From an uncultured Bacilli bacterium (GTDB taxonomy: Bacteria > Bacillota_I > Bacilli_A > RF39 > UBA660), in contig CAKOIJ010000002.1 of NCBI GenBank assembly GCA_934086775.1, positions 1-61,878 on the forward strand: DNA of 61,878 nt, read 5' to 3'. Below the pieces are notes generated by a model. It saw nothing but the letters and a program-made list of their open reading frames with translations. It was not told where the DNA came from and made no database searches. Below, one piece after another: positions 45,352 to 57,122 of the stretch (position 1 is the stretch's first letter; each line of letters opens with the position of its first letter). The position numbers and the translations under genes were made by a program.

Positions 45352-45660
45352 ATGGCTAAAGAGAAAGTTCGTATCAGATTAAAAGCGTATGATCACAGAG
45401 TTCTTGATAAAGCAGCAGGTAAAATTGTAGATACTGTTAAACGTACAGGTGGTATAGTTTCTGGACCAGTTCCACTACCAACTGAAATAGATAAAATCAC
45501 AATCTTAAGAGCTGTTCACAAGTATAAAGATTCACGTGAACAATTTGAAATGAGAACACACAAAAGACTAATTGATATTGATAGTCCTAGTAAGGAAACA
45601 GTAGATGCATTATCTCACTTAGACTTACCTAGTGGAGTAGATATCGAAATCAAATTATAA
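45352..45660 (+). CDS. rpsJ: 30S ribosomal protein S10
   Basis: Sequence, size and first position in the S10 cluster. Confidence 0.97.
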   Translation: MAKEKVRIRLKAYDHRVLDKAAGKIVDTVKRTGGIVSGPVPLPTEIDKITILRAVHKYKDSREQFEMRTHKRLIDIDSPSKETVDALSHLDLPSGVDIEIKL

Positions 45661-45682
45661 GATTTAGTAGGGAGGAAAAACA

Positions 45683-46462
45683 ATGAAAGGAATCTTAGGA
45701 CGTAAAGTTGGAATGACAGAAGTCTTCACAACTGACGGAAAACTTATACCAGTAACTGTAGTTGAAGTTGAACCTAACGTAATAACTCAAATCAAAACAG
45801 TTGAAAAAGATGGGTATAACAGTATTCAATTAGGTGCTTTTACAAAAAGAGAGAAAGTATCTAACAAACCAGAAATGGGACACGTTAAGAAAGCTAATAC
45901 TACACCTAAGCGCTTCTTAAAAGAAATTAAAGGATTAGATATTGCTAACTATGAAGTTGGGCAAATAATCGGTGTAGATGTATTCGAGGCTGGAGAACTT
46001 GTTGATGTAACAGGTACATCAAAAGGTAAAGGCTTCCAAGGAACAATAAAAAGACATAACTTCAGTAGAGGTCCAATGTCACACGGTTCACATTATCACA
46101 GAGCAGTTGGTTCTCGTGGACCAATGAGACCAATGAGAGTCTTAAAAGGAAAGAAATTACCAGGACATATGGGTAACGAAACTGTTACAATTCAAAACCT
46201 TGAAATCATAGCAGTTGACGTAGAAAATAGTTGCTTACTAATAAGTGGTAACGTACCAGGTCCTAAAAAAGGATATGTTCTAGTAAGAACAGCTATCAAA
46301 AATGGCGGTAAAGTAGAAGCTAAAGAATTAGTTTCATATGTAGTTGAAGAAATAGTTGAAAATAACGAAGTAGTAACTGAAGAATTAACTGAAACAGTAG
46401 AGAACAATGAAGTTATTACAGAAACTACAGAAAATACTCCAGAAAAGGAGGAGACTGAATAA
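45683..46462 (+). CDS. rplC: 50S ribosomal protein L3 with an acidic C-terminal extension
   Basis: [13 protein letters not shown]-terminus; ~50 extra C-terminal residues rich in E/T/V/N. Confidence 0.95.
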   Translation: MKGILGRKVGMTEVFTTDGKLIPVTVVEVEPNVITQIKTVEKDGYNSIQLGAFTKREKVSNKPEMGHVKKANTTPKRFLKEIKGLDIANYEVGQIIGVDVFEAGELVDVTGTSKGKGFQGTIKRHNFSRGPMSHGSHYHRAVGSRGPMRPMRVLKGKKLPGHMGNETVTIQNLEIIAVDVENSCLLISGNVPGPKKGYVLVRTAIKNGGKVEAKELVSYVVEEIVENNEVVTEELTETVENNEVITETTENTPEKEETE

Positions 46463-47085
46463 TGGCAAAAACAAATGTAATAACTCTAAAAGGAGAAAAC
46501 GTTAAAGATATAACACTTAATGATAGCATTTGGAACATTGAAGTAAATGAAATCGTATTATCAAATGCAATTAAATTACAATTAGCATCATTAAGACAAG
46601 GAACACATGATACTAAAGGAAGAAGTGAAGTATCAGGTGGTGGAAGAAAACCTTGGAGACAAAAAGGAACTGGACGTGCTCGTCAAGGTACAATAAGAGC
46701 TCCTCACTGGGTAGGTGGTGGAATAGTATTTGGTCCAACACCAAGAAGTCACAGTTTCAAAATGAATAGAAAAGAAAGACGTTTAGCTTTAAAAAGTGCG
46801 CTTTCAGATAAATTCCAAAACAATGGTTTATGTGTAGTAGATAGTTTAGAAATCACTTCACCTAAAACAAAAGAATTTAATAGTACATTAGAAGGTTTAA
46901 AATTAAATGGTAAAACATTAATAATAACTGATGGAGAAAATGGTAATATAGTACTTGCTACTAGAAATATGCCAAACTTATATGTTATTGAACCAACTAG
47001 TGTAAACGTACTAGATTTAGTTAGTGCTGACAATGTTCTAATTGATGAAGCTAGCGTAGCAAAAATAGAGGAGGTGCTTAAATAA
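46462..47085 (+). CDS. rplD: 50S ribosomal protein L4
   Basis: GGGRKPWRQKGTGRARQG motif, gene order. Confidence 0.97.
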   Translation: MAKTNVITLKGENVKDITLNDSIWNIEVNEIVLSNAIKLQLASLRQGTHDTKGRSEVSGGGRKPWRQKGTGRARQGTIRAPHWVGGGIVFGPTPRSHSFKMNRKERRLALKSALSDKFQNNGLCVVDSLEITSPKTKEFNSTLEGLKLNGKTLIITDGENGNIVLATRNMPNLYVIEPTSVNVLDLVSADNVLIDEASVAKIEEVLK

Positions 47086-47354
47086 TGAATATTGAGATAA
47101 TCAAAGCACCAGTAATAACTGAAAAAACAAATAATTTAAGTAGTAATAACGTATATGTTTTCAAAGTTGACAGAAAAGCAAACAAAACAGAAATTAAACA
47201 AGTAATTGAAAACAAATGGAACGTCAAAGTTGAAAGTGTTAACACTACTAATACAAAAGCTAAAAGAAGAAGAGTTGGAAAATATACTGGGTATACAACT
47301 CCATATAAAAAAGCTTATGTAAAACTTAAGGAAGGCTCTACAATAGAGTTTTAG
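47085..47354 (+). CDS. rplW: 50S ribosomal protein L23
   Basis: Size, ITEK motif, gene order. Confidence 0.95.
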   Translation: MNIEIIKAPVITEKTNNLSSNNVYVFKVDRKANKTEIKQVIENKWNVKVESVNTTNTKAKRRRVGKYTGYTTPYKKAYVKLKEGSTIEF

Positions 47355-47366
47355 TAGGTGATTATA

Positions 47367-48200
47367 ATGGCAATAAAGAAATATAAACCAATAACAAACG
47401 GTACTAGAAATATGAGTACTCTAGTAAACGAAGAAATCACTCATAGTACTCCAGAAAAAAGTTTATTAGGAAAACTAAAAAGTAAAGCTGGAAGAAACAA
47501 TCAAGGTAAAATCACTGTAAGACATAGAGGCGGAGGAGTTAAAAGAAAATATCGTCTTATCGATTTCAAAAGAAATAAAGATGGCATTATTGGAACAGTA
47601 ACTAGTATTGAATATGATCCAAACAGAAGTGCAAACATTGCATTAATAACTTATGCTGATGGAGAAAAAAGATACATAATCGCACCTCTTAACTTAAAAG
47701 TTGGAGATAAAATTGAAAGTGGAGAAAATGTGGATATCAAGGTTGGTAATGCACTTCCACTTATGAATATTCCAGTTGGTACAGTAGTACATAATATCGA
47801 ACTTAATCCTGGCAAAGGTGCTCAACTTGCAAGAAGTGCAGGTTCAAGCGCGCAAATACTTGGAAGAGAAGGAAAATATGTATTACTAAGATTAAAATCT
47901 GGTGAAACAAGAAAAGTGATGGGAGTATGTCGTGCAACTATCGGAACAGTTGGTAACTTAGATTATGAACTAGTTCATTTAGGAAAAGCAGGACGTAAAA
48001 GACACATGGGATGGAGACCTACAGTTCGTGGTAGCGTTATGAACCCTAACGATCACCCTCATGGTGGTGGTGAAGGTAAAGCACCAGTTGGACGTAAAGG
48101 ACCTATGACACCTTGGGGTAAACCAGCACTTGGATTAAAAACACGTAAAACAAAAAAAGCAAGCGAGAAATTAATTGTATCTCGTAGAAAGAAAAAATAG
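47367..48200 (+). CDS. rplB: 50S ribosomal protein L2
   Basis: [25 protein letters not shown] 47367 follows AGGTGA. Confidence 0.97.
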   Translation: MAIKKYKPITNGTRNMSTLVNEEITHSTPEKSLLGKLKSKAGRNNQGKITVRHRGGGVKRKYRLIDFKRNKDGIIGTVTSIEYDPNRSANIALITYADGEKRYIIAPLNLKVGDKIESGENVDIKVGNALPLMNIPVGTVVHNIELNPGKGAQLARSAGSSAQILGREGKYVLLRLKSGETRKVMGVCRATIGTVGNLDYELVHLGKAGRKRHMGWRPTVRGSVMNPNDHPHGGGEGKAPVGRKGPMTPWGKPALGLKTRKTKKASEKLIVSRRKKK

Positions 48201-48217
48201 AGAAAGGATTTGTTAGT

Positions 48218-48484
48218 ATGTCAAGAAGTTTAAAAAAAGGACCTTACGTTTTTAATAGATTACTTAAAAAAGTTGAGAGTCTAAACGAAAGCGGTAAAAA
48301 GGAAGTAATAAAAACTTGGTCACGTCGTTCAACAATCTATCCTGATTTCGTTGGGCACACATTCGCAGTACACAATGGAAAAGATTTCATTCCAGTATAC
48401 GTAACTGAAGATATGGTAGGACACAAACTTGGTGAGTTTGCATTAACTCGTAAGTTCGGTGGACACGCTGGCGAAAACAAATAG
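48218..48484 (+). CDS. rpsS: 30S ribosomal protein S19
   Basis: [10 protein letters not shown], gene order. Confidence 0.97.
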   Translation: MSRSLKKGPYVFNRLLKKVESLNESGKKEVIKTWSRRSTIYPDFVGHTFAVHNGKDFIPVYVTEDMVGHKLGEFALTRKFGGHAGENK

Positions 48485-48495
48485 GAGGGTAAATT

Positions 48496-48837
48496 ATGGA
48501 AACTTATGCAATACATAAAGGTGCCATGATCGCACCAAGAAAAGCTAGAATGACACTTGACCTAGTAAGAGGCAAAAGTGTTAAAGAAGCCAGAAATATA
48601 TTATTAACAACTAATACAAAAGCTAGTCGTTTAATAAAGAAAGTTCTAGATAGTGCAGTAGCAAACGCTGTTAACAATTTAGGACTTAAAGAAGAAGACT
48701 TATTCGTTAAAGAAACTTATATTAACGAAGGAGTAACATTAAAAAGAAGTAAAATCGCATCACGTGGAAGCGTTGACAGACGTGATAAAAGAACAAGTCA
48801 CATCTTTGTAAAAGTTAGTGATGGGAAGGAGGACTAA
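48496..48837 (+). CDS. rplV: 50S ribosomal protein L22
   Basis: Size and gene order. Confidence 0.95.
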   Translation: METYAIHKGAMIAPRKARMTLDLVRGKSVKEARNILLTTNTKASRLIKKVLDSAVANAVNNLGLKEEDLFVKETYINEGVTLKRSKIASRGSVDRRDKRTSHIFVKVSDGKED

Positions 48838-48840
48838 GCT

Positions 48841-49518
48841 ATGGGTCAAAAGGTAAGTCCAGTCGGACTAAGAATTGGTATCAACAAAGATTGGGAAAGT
48901 AAATGGTATGCACCAAATAAAGACTTTTCAAAATACTTAAATACAGACATTAAGATTCGTGAATATTTAGAAAAAAATCTTAAAGGTAGCTCAGTCGCTA
49001 GTGTTGTTATCGAAAGAAACAAAAAAAGAACAAATATTATAATCAATACTTCTAAACCAGGTGTAGTAATTGGACGTGGTGGTGAAGAAATAGAAAAGCA
49101 CAAGAAAGCACTTGCAAAATTAACTGGAGAAGAAATATACTTATCAATAGTAGAAATCAAACAACCAGATTTAAATGCTGCACTTGTTGCAGAACAAATT
49201 GCAATGCAAATTGAAAATCGTGCTTCATTTAGAGTAGCACAAAAGAAAGCTATTAGAAACACAATGAAAGCAGGAGCAAAAGGTATTAAAACTCTTGTAT
49301 CTGGACGTTTAAACGGAGCAGAAATAGCAAGAAGTGAAGGATATAATGAAGGAACAGTACCTCTTCACACTTTAAGAGCAGATATAGATTATGCTCATAA
49401 AGAAGCTGACACAATTTACGGAAAAATTGGTGTAAAAGTATGGATCTATAAAGGAGAAATATTGCCTGCTAAAGGAAATAAGGGAGGTAAGAAAGATGTT
49501 ATTACCAAAGAGAACTAA
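48841..49518 (+). CDS. rpsC: 30S ribosomal protein S3
   Basis: [13 protein letters not shown], gene order. Confidence 0.97.
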   Translation: MGQKVSPVGLRIGINKDWESKWYAPNKDFSKYLNTDIKIREYLEKNLKGSSVASVVIERNKKRTNIIINTSKPGVVIGRGGEEIEKHKKALAKLTGEEIYLSIVEIKQPDLNAALVAEQIAMQIENRASFRVAQKKAIRNTMKAGAKGIKTLVSGRLNGAEIARSEGYNEGTVPLHTLRADIDYAHKEADTIYGKIGVKVWIYKGEILPAKGNKGGKKDVITKEN

Positions 49519-49930
49519 ATATAGAAAACCTCATAGAGTTAGCTACGAAGGAAAAAGTAAAGGTAAAAACAAATTATCTTATGGAGAATTTGGACTAGTT
49601 GCTAAAGAAGGTGCTTACATAACTGCAAGGCAAATCGAAGCAGCTCGTGTAGCAATGACAAGAGAAATGAAGAAGTCTAAAAGAGGTAAAGTATACATTA
49701 ACATATTCCCTCATTTAGCAAGAACAAAGAAACCTTTAGAAGTTCGTATGGGAAGCGGAAAAGGTAACGTTGAAGAGTGGGTAGCAGTAGTAAAAGAAGG
49801 TAAAATCATGTTTGAAATGGGTGATGTTACTGAAGAAACAGCTAGAGAAGCATTTCGTTTAGCTGGACACAAACTACCTATTAAAACTAAATTCATAAAG
49901 AAAGAAGAGGTGGAAACTAATGAAAACTAG
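49496..49930 (+). CDS. rplP: 50S ribosomal protein L16
   Basis: [11 protein letters not shown], gene order. Confidence 0.97.
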   Translation: MLLPKRTKYRKPHRVSYEGKSKGKNKLSYGEFGLVAKEGAYITARQIEAARVAMTREMKKSKRGKVYINIFPHLARTKKPLEVRMGSGKGNVEEWVAVVKEGKIMFEMGDVTEETAREAFRLAGHKLPIKTKFIKKEEVETNEN

Positions 49931-50114
49931 TGAAATAAGAAAAATGTCTACTGAAGAAATTAACAAAAAAATAGTTGAACTTAAAGCTGAACTATGGAAT
50001 TTACGCTTTAGTAGTGCCACTGGTACTTTAGAAAAACCTCATAGAATAAGAGAATTACGTCACGACGTTGCTAGACTAAAAACTGTACTTAACGAACGTA
50101 AGGAAGGTAATTAG
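49920..50114 (+). CDS. rpmC: 50S ribosomal protein L29
   Basis: Size and gene order. Confidence 0.93.
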   Translation: MKTSEIRKMSTEEINKKIVELKAELWNLRFSSATGTLEKPHRIRELRHDVARLKTVLNERKEGN

Positions 50115-50122
50115 GAGGAACT

Positions 50123-50380
50123 ATGGAAAAGACTAAAGAAACAAGAGTTGGAAAAGTTGTAAGTACAAATATGGATAAAACAATAGTTGTTTTAACAGAA
50201 ACTTACAAAAATCACCCACTATACAAAAAAAGAGTAAAATACTCTAAAAAATATAAAGCACATGATGAAGAAAACAAAGCAAAAGTAGGGGATACAGTTA
50301 AAATAGTAGCTTGCCGTCCTCTATCAAAAACAAAAAGATATGTATTAGATAGCATTATTGAAGAAGCTATCATACTTTAA
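50123..50380 (+). CDS. rpsQ: 30S ribosomal protein S17
   Basis: Size and gene order. Confidence 0.95.
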   Translation: MEKTKETRVGKVVSTNMDKTIVVLTETYKNHPLYKKRVKYSKKYKAHDEENKAKVGDTVKIVACRPLSKTKRYVLDSIIEEAIIL

Positions 50381-50399
50381 GAAAGGAACGTGAGTATTA

Positions 50400-50768
50400 A
50401 TGGTACAACCAGAAAGCCGTTTAAAAGTTGCCGATAACTCAGGTGCAAGAGAAATCTTAGTAATTAGAGTACTTGGTGGATCTTTTGTAAGAAGCGGAAA
50501 TATTGGAGACGTTGTAGTAGGAACTGTTAAAAAAGCAATACCTAACTCAAACGTTAAAAAGGGAAAAGTCGTAAAGGCTGTTATAGTTAGAACAGTTCAA
50601 GGTGTAAAAAGACCTGACGGAAGCCATATCAAATTTGATGACAATGCTTGTGTTCTAATTAAAGATGATAAGAGTCCTGTAGGAACACGTGTTCTAGGAC
50701 CGGTTGCTAGAGAACTTCGTGATAAAGATTTCATGAAAATCGTGTCTCTTGCACCAGAAGTATTATAG
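50400..50768 (+). CDS. rplN: 50S ribosomal protein L14
   Basis: [12 protein letters not shown] motif. Confidence 0.97.
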   Translation: MVQPESRLKVADNSGAREILVIRVLGGSFVRSGNIGDVVVGTVKKAIPNSNVKKGKVVKAVIVRTVQGVKRPDGSHIKFDDNACVLIKDDKSPVGTRVLGPVARELRDKDFMKIVSLAPEVL

Positions 50769-50780
50769 GAGGGGTACTAG

Positions 50781-51041
50781 ATGAAAATTAAAGTTGGAGA
50801 TAAAGTAAGAGTAATTACTGGTTCAAACAAAGGTAAAGAAGGAAAAGTATCAAAAGTTTTAAGAAACGAATCTAGAGTTATAGTTGAAGGTGTAAACATC
50901 GTTAAAAAACATGTTAAACCTAATAGAACTAACGAAACAGGTGGAATTCTTGAAACTGAAGCTCCTATTCATATTTCAAATGTATTTGTTCTTTCTGAAG
51001 AAAAGAAAGAAAACAAAAAATCTAAGAAAGAATCTAAATAG
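50781..51041 (+). CDS. rplX: 50S ribosomal protein L24
   Basis: [21 protein letters not shown] motif. Confidence 0.95.
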   Translation: MKIKVGDKVRVITGSNKGKEGKVSKVLRNESRVIVEGVNIVKKHVKPNRTNETGGILETEAPIHISNVFVLSEEKKENKKSKKESK

Positions 51042-51052
51042 GAGGAAATAAC

Positions 51053-51592
51053 ATGGAAACATTAAAGAAAAAATATAATGAAGAAATAACTCCTGCTCTT
51101 ATAGAAAAATTTGGATACACTTCTAAAATGGAAGTTCCAAAACTAGAAAAAATCGTACTTAACATGGGTGTAGGAGATGCAACTACTGATTCTAAATACT
51201 TAGATGCTGCTGTTAAAGAATTAACTGTAATCGCTGGACAAAAACCAGTTGTTACAAAAGCTAAAAAATCAATCGCAGGATTTAAATTAAGAGAAGGAAA
51301 CAAAATTGGTTGCAAAGTTACACTACGTGGAGAAAGAATGTATGTATTCTTAGAAAAACTAATTAACATAGCATTACCTCGTGTACGTGACTTTAGAGGA
51401 ATCTCAAAAGGAAGTTTTGATGGAAGAGGAAACTATACTTTAGGAATTAAAGAACAACTTATATTCCCAGAAGTAGACTACGATCAAGTAATTAAAACTA
51501 GAGGTCTTGATATTGTAATAGTAACAACTGCTAATACAAATGAAGAAGCTTTAGAATTACTAAGTGGTTTTGGTTTACCTTTCAAGAAATAG
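51053..51592 (+). CDS. rplE: 50S ribosomal protein L5
   Basis: Size and gene order. Confidence 0.97.
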   Translation: METLKKKYNEEITPALIEKFGYTSKMEVPKLEKIVLNMGVGDATTDSKYLDAAVKELTVIAGQKPVVTKAKKSIAGFKLREGNKIGCKVTLRGERMYVFLEKLINIALPRVRDFRGISKGSFDGRGNYTLGIKEQLIFPEVDYDQVIKTRGLDIVIVTTANTNEEALELLSGFGLPFKK

Positions 51593-51604
51593 GAGGTCGA
51601 AGTA

Positions 51605-51790
51605 ATGGCAAAAACAAGTAAAAAAGTTAGTCAAAAAAGAGGTAGCAAATTTGCTGTAAGAAATTACACTAGATGCGAAAGATGTGGAAGACCTCACGGA
51701 GTATTAAGAAAATTCGGACTATGCCGTATTTGCTTTAGAGAACTAGCTTACAAAGGACAAATACCAGGCGTTAAAAAGTCTAGTTGGTAA
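51605..51790 (+). CDS. rpsN: 30S ribosomal protein S14, zinc-binding type Z
   Basis: 61 aa with CERCGRP...CRIC. Confidence 0.95.
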   Translation: MAKTSKKVSQKRGSKFAVRNYTRCERCGRPHGVLRKFGLCRICFRELAYKGQIPGVKKSSW

Positions 51791-51808
51791 GAAGGGAGGA
51801 CTATAGTA

Positions 51809-52204
51809 ATGGTAAACGATATAATAGCAGATATGCTTACAAGAATACGTAATGCATCTCAAATGAAATATACAAGTGTTGAAGTACTTGGTTCTAAAAT
51901 GACAAAAGAAATCGCTACAATTTTAACTAATGAAGGATATATTGAAGGTTTTGAAGTTGTAAAAGACGGAGCAGCCGAAAAATTAGTGTTGAACTTAAAA
52001 TATGGTGCTAAAAAAGAAAGAGTTATAACAGGACTTAAAAGAATCAGTAAACCTGGTTTAAGAGTATATGTTAAAGCGGAAGAAGTACCTAAAGTTTTAA
52101 ATGGTTTAGGAATAGCTATAGTATCTACTTCAAAAGGAATAATGACAGATAAGGAAGCAAGAAAAGAAAACTTAGGTGGAGAAATTCTTGCGTACATATG
52201 GTAA
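51809..52204 (+). CDS. rpsH: 30S ribosomal protein S8
   Basis: [13 protein letters not shown] motif. Confidence 0.97.
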   Translation: MVNDIIADMLTRIRNASQMKYTSVEVLGSKMTKEIATILTNEGYIEGFEVVKDGAAEKLVLNLKYGAKKERVITGLKRISKPGLRVYVKAEEVPKVLNGLGIAIVSTSKGIMTDKEARKENLGGEILAYIW

Positions 52205-52213
52205 GGAGTTATT

Positions 52214-52750
52214 ATGAGTAGAATAGGTAAAAGAGTATTAGTAGTACCAGAAGGTACAACAGTAGAAGTTAACGGTAGCGAAGTTAAAGTAACAGGTAAA
52301 TTAGGAAGTATGACTCTTTCAGTAAAACCTGGAATCAATGTAGTAGTTAGTGATGGAAATGTAACTGTAACAAGAGATAATGACTCTAAAGAATTAAGAA
52401 GTTTACACGGAACAACAAATGCAAACATAGCAAATATGATAACTGGTGTAACAGAAGGATTCAAAAAAGAATTAGAAATCAATGGTGTAGGTTATAGATT
52501 CCAATTAGCAGGAAACACATTAACAATTAGTGCTGGTTATTCTCATCCAGTAAAAATGGAAGCTCCAGAAGGAATTAAACTAGAGAGTCCAAGCCAAACT
52601 GAATTAACAATCAGTGGTTATGATAAACAAGCTGTAGGAGAATTTGCGGCAAAAGTTCGTAAAGTACGTGGACCAGAACCATACAAAGGTAAAGGTATTA
52701 AGTATAAAGATGAACACATAAGACGTAAGGAAGGAAAGAAAGCTGCATAG
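52214..52750 (+). CDS. rplF: 50S ribosomal protein L6
   Basis: MSRIGKRVL, gene order. Confidence 0.97.
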   Translation: MSRIGKRVLVVPEGTTVEVNGSEVKVTGKLGSMTLSVKPGINVVVSDGNVTVTRDNDSKELRSLHGTTNANIANMITGVTEGFKKELEINGVGYRFQLAGNTLTISAGYSHPVKMEAPEGIKLESPSQTELTISGYDKQAVGEFAAKVRKVRGPEPYKGKGIKYKDEHIRRKEGKKAA

Positions 52751-52760
52751 GAGGTAAATT

Positions 52761-53114
52761 ATGATAAAGAAAGAAAGTAAAAATGTAAGTCGTTTAAAAA
52801 GACATGCACGTATCAGAAAGAACTTGTCTGGTACAACTGTTTCTCCAAGACTTAATATATTCAGAAGCAACACAAACATTTATGCTCAAATTATAAATGA
52901 TGAAACTGGTGAAACTTTAGTAAGTGCCTCTAGTTTAGAAATGAAACTAAACAAATGTAACATTGAAACTGCTGAAAAAGTAGGAACAGAAGTTGCAAAA
53001 CGTGCTTTAGAAAAAGGTATTAAAAGTGTAGTATTTGACCGTGGTGGTTATGCATACCATGGAAAAGTTAAAGCACTTGCAGATGCAGCTAGAGAAGCTG
53101 GACTAGAGTTTTAG
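52761..53114 (+). CDS. rplR: 50S ribosomal protein L18
   Basis: Size and gene order. Confidence 0.95.
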   Translation: MIKKESKNVSRLKRHARIRKNLSGTTVSPRLNIFRSNTNIYAQIINDETGETLVSASSLEMKLNKCNIETAEKVGTEVAKRALEKGIKSVVFDRGGYAYHGKVKALADAAREAGLEF

Positions 53115-53130
53115 GAGGGACTGTTAAGAA

Positions 53131-53661
53131 ATGGAAAATAATAAAAAAGAAAGAAATAACAAAAGAGAATTCGTTAAAAAAAGTCCTTATGAAGAAAAGG
53201 TAATCTCAATTGGTCGTGTATCAAAAACAACAAAAGGTGGACGTACAATGAGATTTACTGCTACAGTTGCTGTAGGTGATAGAAAAGGAAAAGTAGGTTT
53301 AGGAACAGGTAAAGCTAATGAGGTTCCAACTGCAATATCAAAGGCTATTAAAGCTGCAGAAAAGAACATAATAAAAGTTAACTTAGTAGAAAACAGAACT
53401 TTAAGTCACGAGGTAATCGGAACTTGTGGTGCTGCAAAAGTATTAATTAAACCCGCAAAAGAAGGTAGTGGAATTATTGCCGGTGGACCAGTTCGTAATG
53501 TGTTAGAACTTGCTGGCGTAAAAGACATAGTTTCTAAATCGCTAGGAAGTAACACACAAATAAATACTGCTAAAGCTGCAATGGATGCGCTTAAAAAACA
53601 AAGAAGTGCTAGCCATATAGCAAGTTTACGTGGTAAAACAGTAGAGGAGATTATAGGATAA
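53131..53661 (+). CDS. rpsE: 30S ribosomal protein S5
   Basis: [13 protein letters not shown] motif. Confidence 0.97.
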   Translation: MENNKKERNNKREFVKKSPYEEKVISIGRVSKTTKGGRTMRFTATVAVGDRKGKVGLGTGKANEVPTAISKAIKAAEKNIIKVNLVENRTLSHEVIGTCGAAKVLIKPAKEGSGIIAGGPVRNVLELAGVKDIVSKSLGSNTQINTAKAAMDALKKQRSASHIASLRGKTVEEIIG

Positions 53662-54104
53662 TGAAATTAAATGAATTAAAAACAAATCCTGGGTCAACTC
53701 ATAGAAGAAAAATAGTAGGTAGAGGACCAGGAAGCGGATTAGGAAAAACAAGTGGCCGTGGAGAAAAAGGTCAAAAAGCTCGTTCAGGAGCAAGCATTAA
53801 ACCTTGGTTTGAAGGTGGACAAAATCCACTATATAAAAGAATACCAAGAAGAGGATTTAACAATGCAAGATTTACTATAAGATATGCAGTTGTAAATGTA
53901 TCTGATTTAAATAGATTTGAAGATGGTACAGTTGTAACTCCAGAATTATTAAAAGAAACTGGACTAGTTAAAAAAAGTTTAAGTGGAATTAAAATTTTAG
54001 GAAGCGGAGAACTTACAAAAAAATTAACTGTTAAAGCAAATATATTTACTAGTACTGCAATCTCAAAAATAGAAAGTAATGGTGGAAAAGCAGAGGTGAT
54101 TTAG
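53661..54104 (+). CDS. rplO: 50S ribosomal protein L15
   Basis: MKLNELK...[11 protein letters not shown]. The start overlaps the rpsE stop (TAATG). Confidence 0.97.
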   Translation: MKLNELKTNPGSTHRRKIVGRGPGSGLGKTSGRGEKGQKARSGASIKPWFEGGQNPLYKRIPRRGFNNARFTIRYAVVNVSDLNRFEDGTVVTPELLKETGLVKKSLSGIKILGSGELTKKLTVKANIFTSTAISKIESNGGKAEVI

Positions 54105-55361
54105 ATGTTTTCAACATTTAAGCAAATATTTAAGAAAACTAATAAAGACCTTAAAAACAGAGTGTTTTATACTATAGGTGCCTTATTCATATTCGCTTTA
54201 GGAAATGCAATAACTGTACCAGGTATGAAAGCTATAACAAAAGATTTAGGATTTCTAGAATTATTAAATGCAATGAGTGGTGGAGGACTGAAACAATTTA
54301 GTATATTTGCTTTAGGTGTAATGCCTTACATTACTGCATCAATATTGCTTCAAGTACTTCAAATGGATTTAATGGGTATAAATTACTTCAAAGAATTGAA
54401 AGAAATGGGAGAAGAAGGTAGAAGAAAAATAAACAAAATAAATAGGTATCTAGGTATAGGTTTTGCTCTTATCGAAGGTTACATCTATTCAATAATGTTT
54501 ATGGGTAAAACTGGAACTCCACTTGAGTATGTTGAGATTAGTTTAATACTAACAGCAGGAACAGCATTTTTACTTTATTTAGGAGACCAAATAACTAATA
54601 AAGGACTAGGTAATGGTATAAGCCTAATAATAATGGCCGGTATCATAAACACAGTACCAAGAATGATGATCGAAGCCTATGGTAGTTTAGTAACTGGAAG
54701 TTCAAATACTTTTTTAGGAATTCTATCATTTATAATATTCATATTACTATATGTAGGAATTATAGTTGGAGTAATATATGTACAAGAGGCTGAGAGGAAA
54801 ATACCAATTCAGTATTCAAATAGAAGTGCAGGTGCTTACAAAGCAAATTCTTCATTCTTACCATTAAGAATAAATTCTGCTGGAGTAATGCCAGTAATAT
54901 TTGCATCAGCTGTACTTGCAATACCAACAACTCTAACATACATAGTAAAAAATGAAAGTTTTAACTTATTTGTTAACAAATATTTAACTACAACTACACC
55001 AATAGGATTTGTTGTATATATCTTACTAATAATAGCATTTACATACGGATACACTTTCGTGGCAGCAGTAAATCCAGAGGATATATCGAAGAATCTAAAC
55101 AAACAAAATGGATACATTCCAGGAATAAGACCAGGAACTGAAACAACAAAATATATTTCTAAAGTCTTATCTAGAATAACATTTATGGGAGCAATATTTA
55201 TAGCTGTTATAGCTGCAATTCCAATTGTATTCAGTTGGGTTTCAGATATGCCAAGCATTGTTAGTTTAGGTGGAACAAGTATACTAATTGTAGTTGGAGT
55301 ACTATTAGAAACATATAAACAACTAGAAAGTTCAGTAGCATCTCGTGCTTATAGGAGGTAA
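54105..55361 (+). CDS. secY: Preprotein translocase subunit SecY
   Basis: 10-TM pattern, GVMPYITASI motif, position in the spc operon. Confidence 0.97.
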   Translation: MFSTFKQIFKKTNKDLKNRVFYTIGALFIFALGNAITVPGMKAITKDLGFLELLNAMSGGGLKQFSIFALGVMPYITASILLQVLQMDLMGINYFKELKEMGEEGRRKINKINRYLGIGFALIEGYIYSIMFMGKTGTPLEYVEISLILTAGTAFLLYLGDQITNKGLGNGISLIIMAGIINTVPRMMIEAYGSLVTGSSNTFLGILSFIIFILLYVGIIVGVIYVQEAERKIPIQYSNRSAGAYKANSSFLPLRINSAGVMPVIFASAVLAIPTTLTYIVKNESFNLFVNKYLTTTTPIGFVVYILLIIAFTYGYTFVAAVNPEDISKNLNKQNGYIPGIRPGTETTKYISKVLSRITFMGAIFIAVIAAIPIVFSWVSDMPSIVSLGGTSILIVVGVLLETYKQLESSVASRAYRR

Positions 55362-55363
55362 AA

Positions 55364-56023
55364 ATGAATATCATTTGGATTGCTCCACCTGCCGCAGGCA
55401 AGGGAACATTTAGTAGTTTATTAAAAGAAAAATATGGATTTAATCATATCAGTGCTGGGGATGTTTTAAGAGAGCAAGTAGCACTTGAAACAGAAATAGG
55501 AAAAGAAGTAAAAGATGTAATAGAAAAAGGAGAAATGGTTAACGACAATTTAATGAAGAGACTTATAGAAACAAAATTAAAAACTCTTAACCTTGAAATT
55601 CCGTTTATGTTAGATGGATATCCTAGAAAATTAAATCAAGCACATGATTATGAAGAAATATTAAAAGGACTAGGATTAAATGTTGATAAAGTAATATTTA
55701 TTAACATCGACAAGGAAACTGGTTTAAAAAGAGTACTTGGAAGGAGAACTTGTCCTGTATGTAAAAAAGGTTATAATGTTTTAACTGGTTATAACAAACC
55801 AAAAGAAGAAAACATGTGTGATGACTGTCATGTACCTCTTACCAAAAGAAGTGATGACAATAGCGAGTCATATGAAAAAAGATACGATATCTACATGGAA
55901 GAAACAAGACCAGTAATCGAGTATTACAAAGAACAAGGAAAACTAATTACTATAGATGGTAAAATTGAACCAGAAAAAACACTTGAAGATTTAAAAAGTC
56001 TTCTAGGAGTAAACAATGATTAG
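55364..56023 (+). CDS. adk: Adenylate kinase (zinc-lid type)
   Basis: P-loop PPAAGKGT; lid CPVC...CDDC. Confidence 0.95.
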   Translation: MNIIWIAPPAAGKGTFSSLLKEKYGFNHISAGDVLREQVALETEIGKEVKDVIEKGEMVNDNLMKRLIETKLKTLNLEIPFMLDGYPRKLNQAHDYEEILKGLGLNVDKVIFINIDKETGLKRVLGRRTCPVCKKGYNVLTGYNKPKEENMCDDCHVPLTKRSDDNSESYEKRYDIYMEETRPVIEYYKEQGKLITIDGKIEPEKTLEDLKSLLGVNND

Positions 56024-56762
56024 TACTAAAACTGATAGTGAAATAAAATTAATGCGTTACGCCGGCAAAGTTGCATATGATTTGCTTGAACTTATGGAAA
56101 CTATAATAAAGCCTGGCGTAACAACTAAGCATTTAGATGATGTTGCAAAAGAGTTTATAATAAGTAAAGATTGCTACCCTTCATGTCTAGGATTTGAAGG
56201 ATATCCTGCTAGCATATGTACATCCGTAAACGAAAGTGTTGTACATGAAATACCTAGTAAAAGAAAACTTAAAGATGGAGACATAATTACCATTGATGTA
56301 GTTGTTGAATACAAAGGGTACATGGCTGACACAGCAAGAACATATAAAGTAGGGAATGTAAAAAAAGAAGTAGAAGACTTACTTATTCACACAAAAGAAG
56401 CTTTATACAAAGGTTTAAGTGTAATTAAACCTGGAATAATCTTAAATGAAGTGTGCAAAACAATTGAAAATGTTGCAAAAGAATATAATTATGGAGTAAT
56501 AAGAGAACTAACTGGGCATGGAATAGGAAAAGAAATGCACGAAGATCCTTACATACCAAATTATAGTAATAATGAAAGCAACATGGTACTAAAAGAAGGT
56601 ATGACACTTGCAATTGAGCCAATGTTTAGTTTAAAAGGAAGATATGTATGGCTTTTAGAAGATGACTGGACAATAGTTACTCAAGACAAAAGTCCGGCAG
56701 CGCACTTTGAACACACCATAGTTGTAACAAAAAATGGTTATGAAATATTAACAGGAGAGTGA
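56016..56762 (+). CDS. map: Type I methionine aminopeptidase
   Basis: Metal ligands in the DVVVEYKGYMADTA, GHGIG, LAIEP and EHT contexts. Confidence 0.95.
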   Translation: MISTKTDSEIKLMRYAGKVAYDLLELMETIIKPGVTTKHLDDVAKEFIISKDCYPSCLGFEGYPASICTSVNESVVHEIPSKRKLKDGDIITIDVVVEYKGYMADTARTYKVGNVKKEVEDLLIHTKEALYKGLSVIKPGIILNEVCKTIENVAKEYNYGVIRELTGHGIGKEMHEDPYIPNYSNNESNMVLKEGMTLAIEPMFSLKGRYVWLLEDDWTIVTQDKSPAAHFEHTIVVTKNGYEILTGE

Positions 56763-56766
56763 ATAA

Positions 56767-56982
56767 ATGGCTAAAGATGGATATATTGAAACAGAAGGAA
56801 AAGTACTAGAAATAATCCCAGGGGGAGACTTTAAAGTAAAATTAGAAAACGGTCATATTGTAGAAGCCCGCGTTTCTGGAAAAATGCGTCTTAACTTAAT
56901 TCGTATTCTTCCAGGTGATACAGTATTACTAGAAATTCCAATTTGTGATTTAACACGTGGGCGTATAATATATAGAAAGTAA
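56767..56982 (+). CDS. infA: Translation initiation factor IF-1
   Basis: 71 aa S1-like sequence, gene order. Confidence 0.95.
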   Translation: MAKDGYIETEGKVLEIIPGGDFKVKLENGHIVEARVSGKMRLNLIRILPGDTVLLEIPICDLTRGRIIYRK

Positions 56983-56993
56983 TGGAGGTATGA

Positions 56994-57110
<117 letters not shown>

Positions 57111-57122
57111 TAGGAGGTAATT

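Noticed and set aside
51859-52482. 207-aa antisense ORF across rpsH/rplF
   Set aside because: It is antisense to two highly conserved ribosomal protein genes and low in complexity, so it is a shadow ORF. The same reasoning applies to the other minus-strand track ORFs inside plus-strand genes (e.g. 43807..44379, 48846..49262, 54836..55258, 16428..16817).
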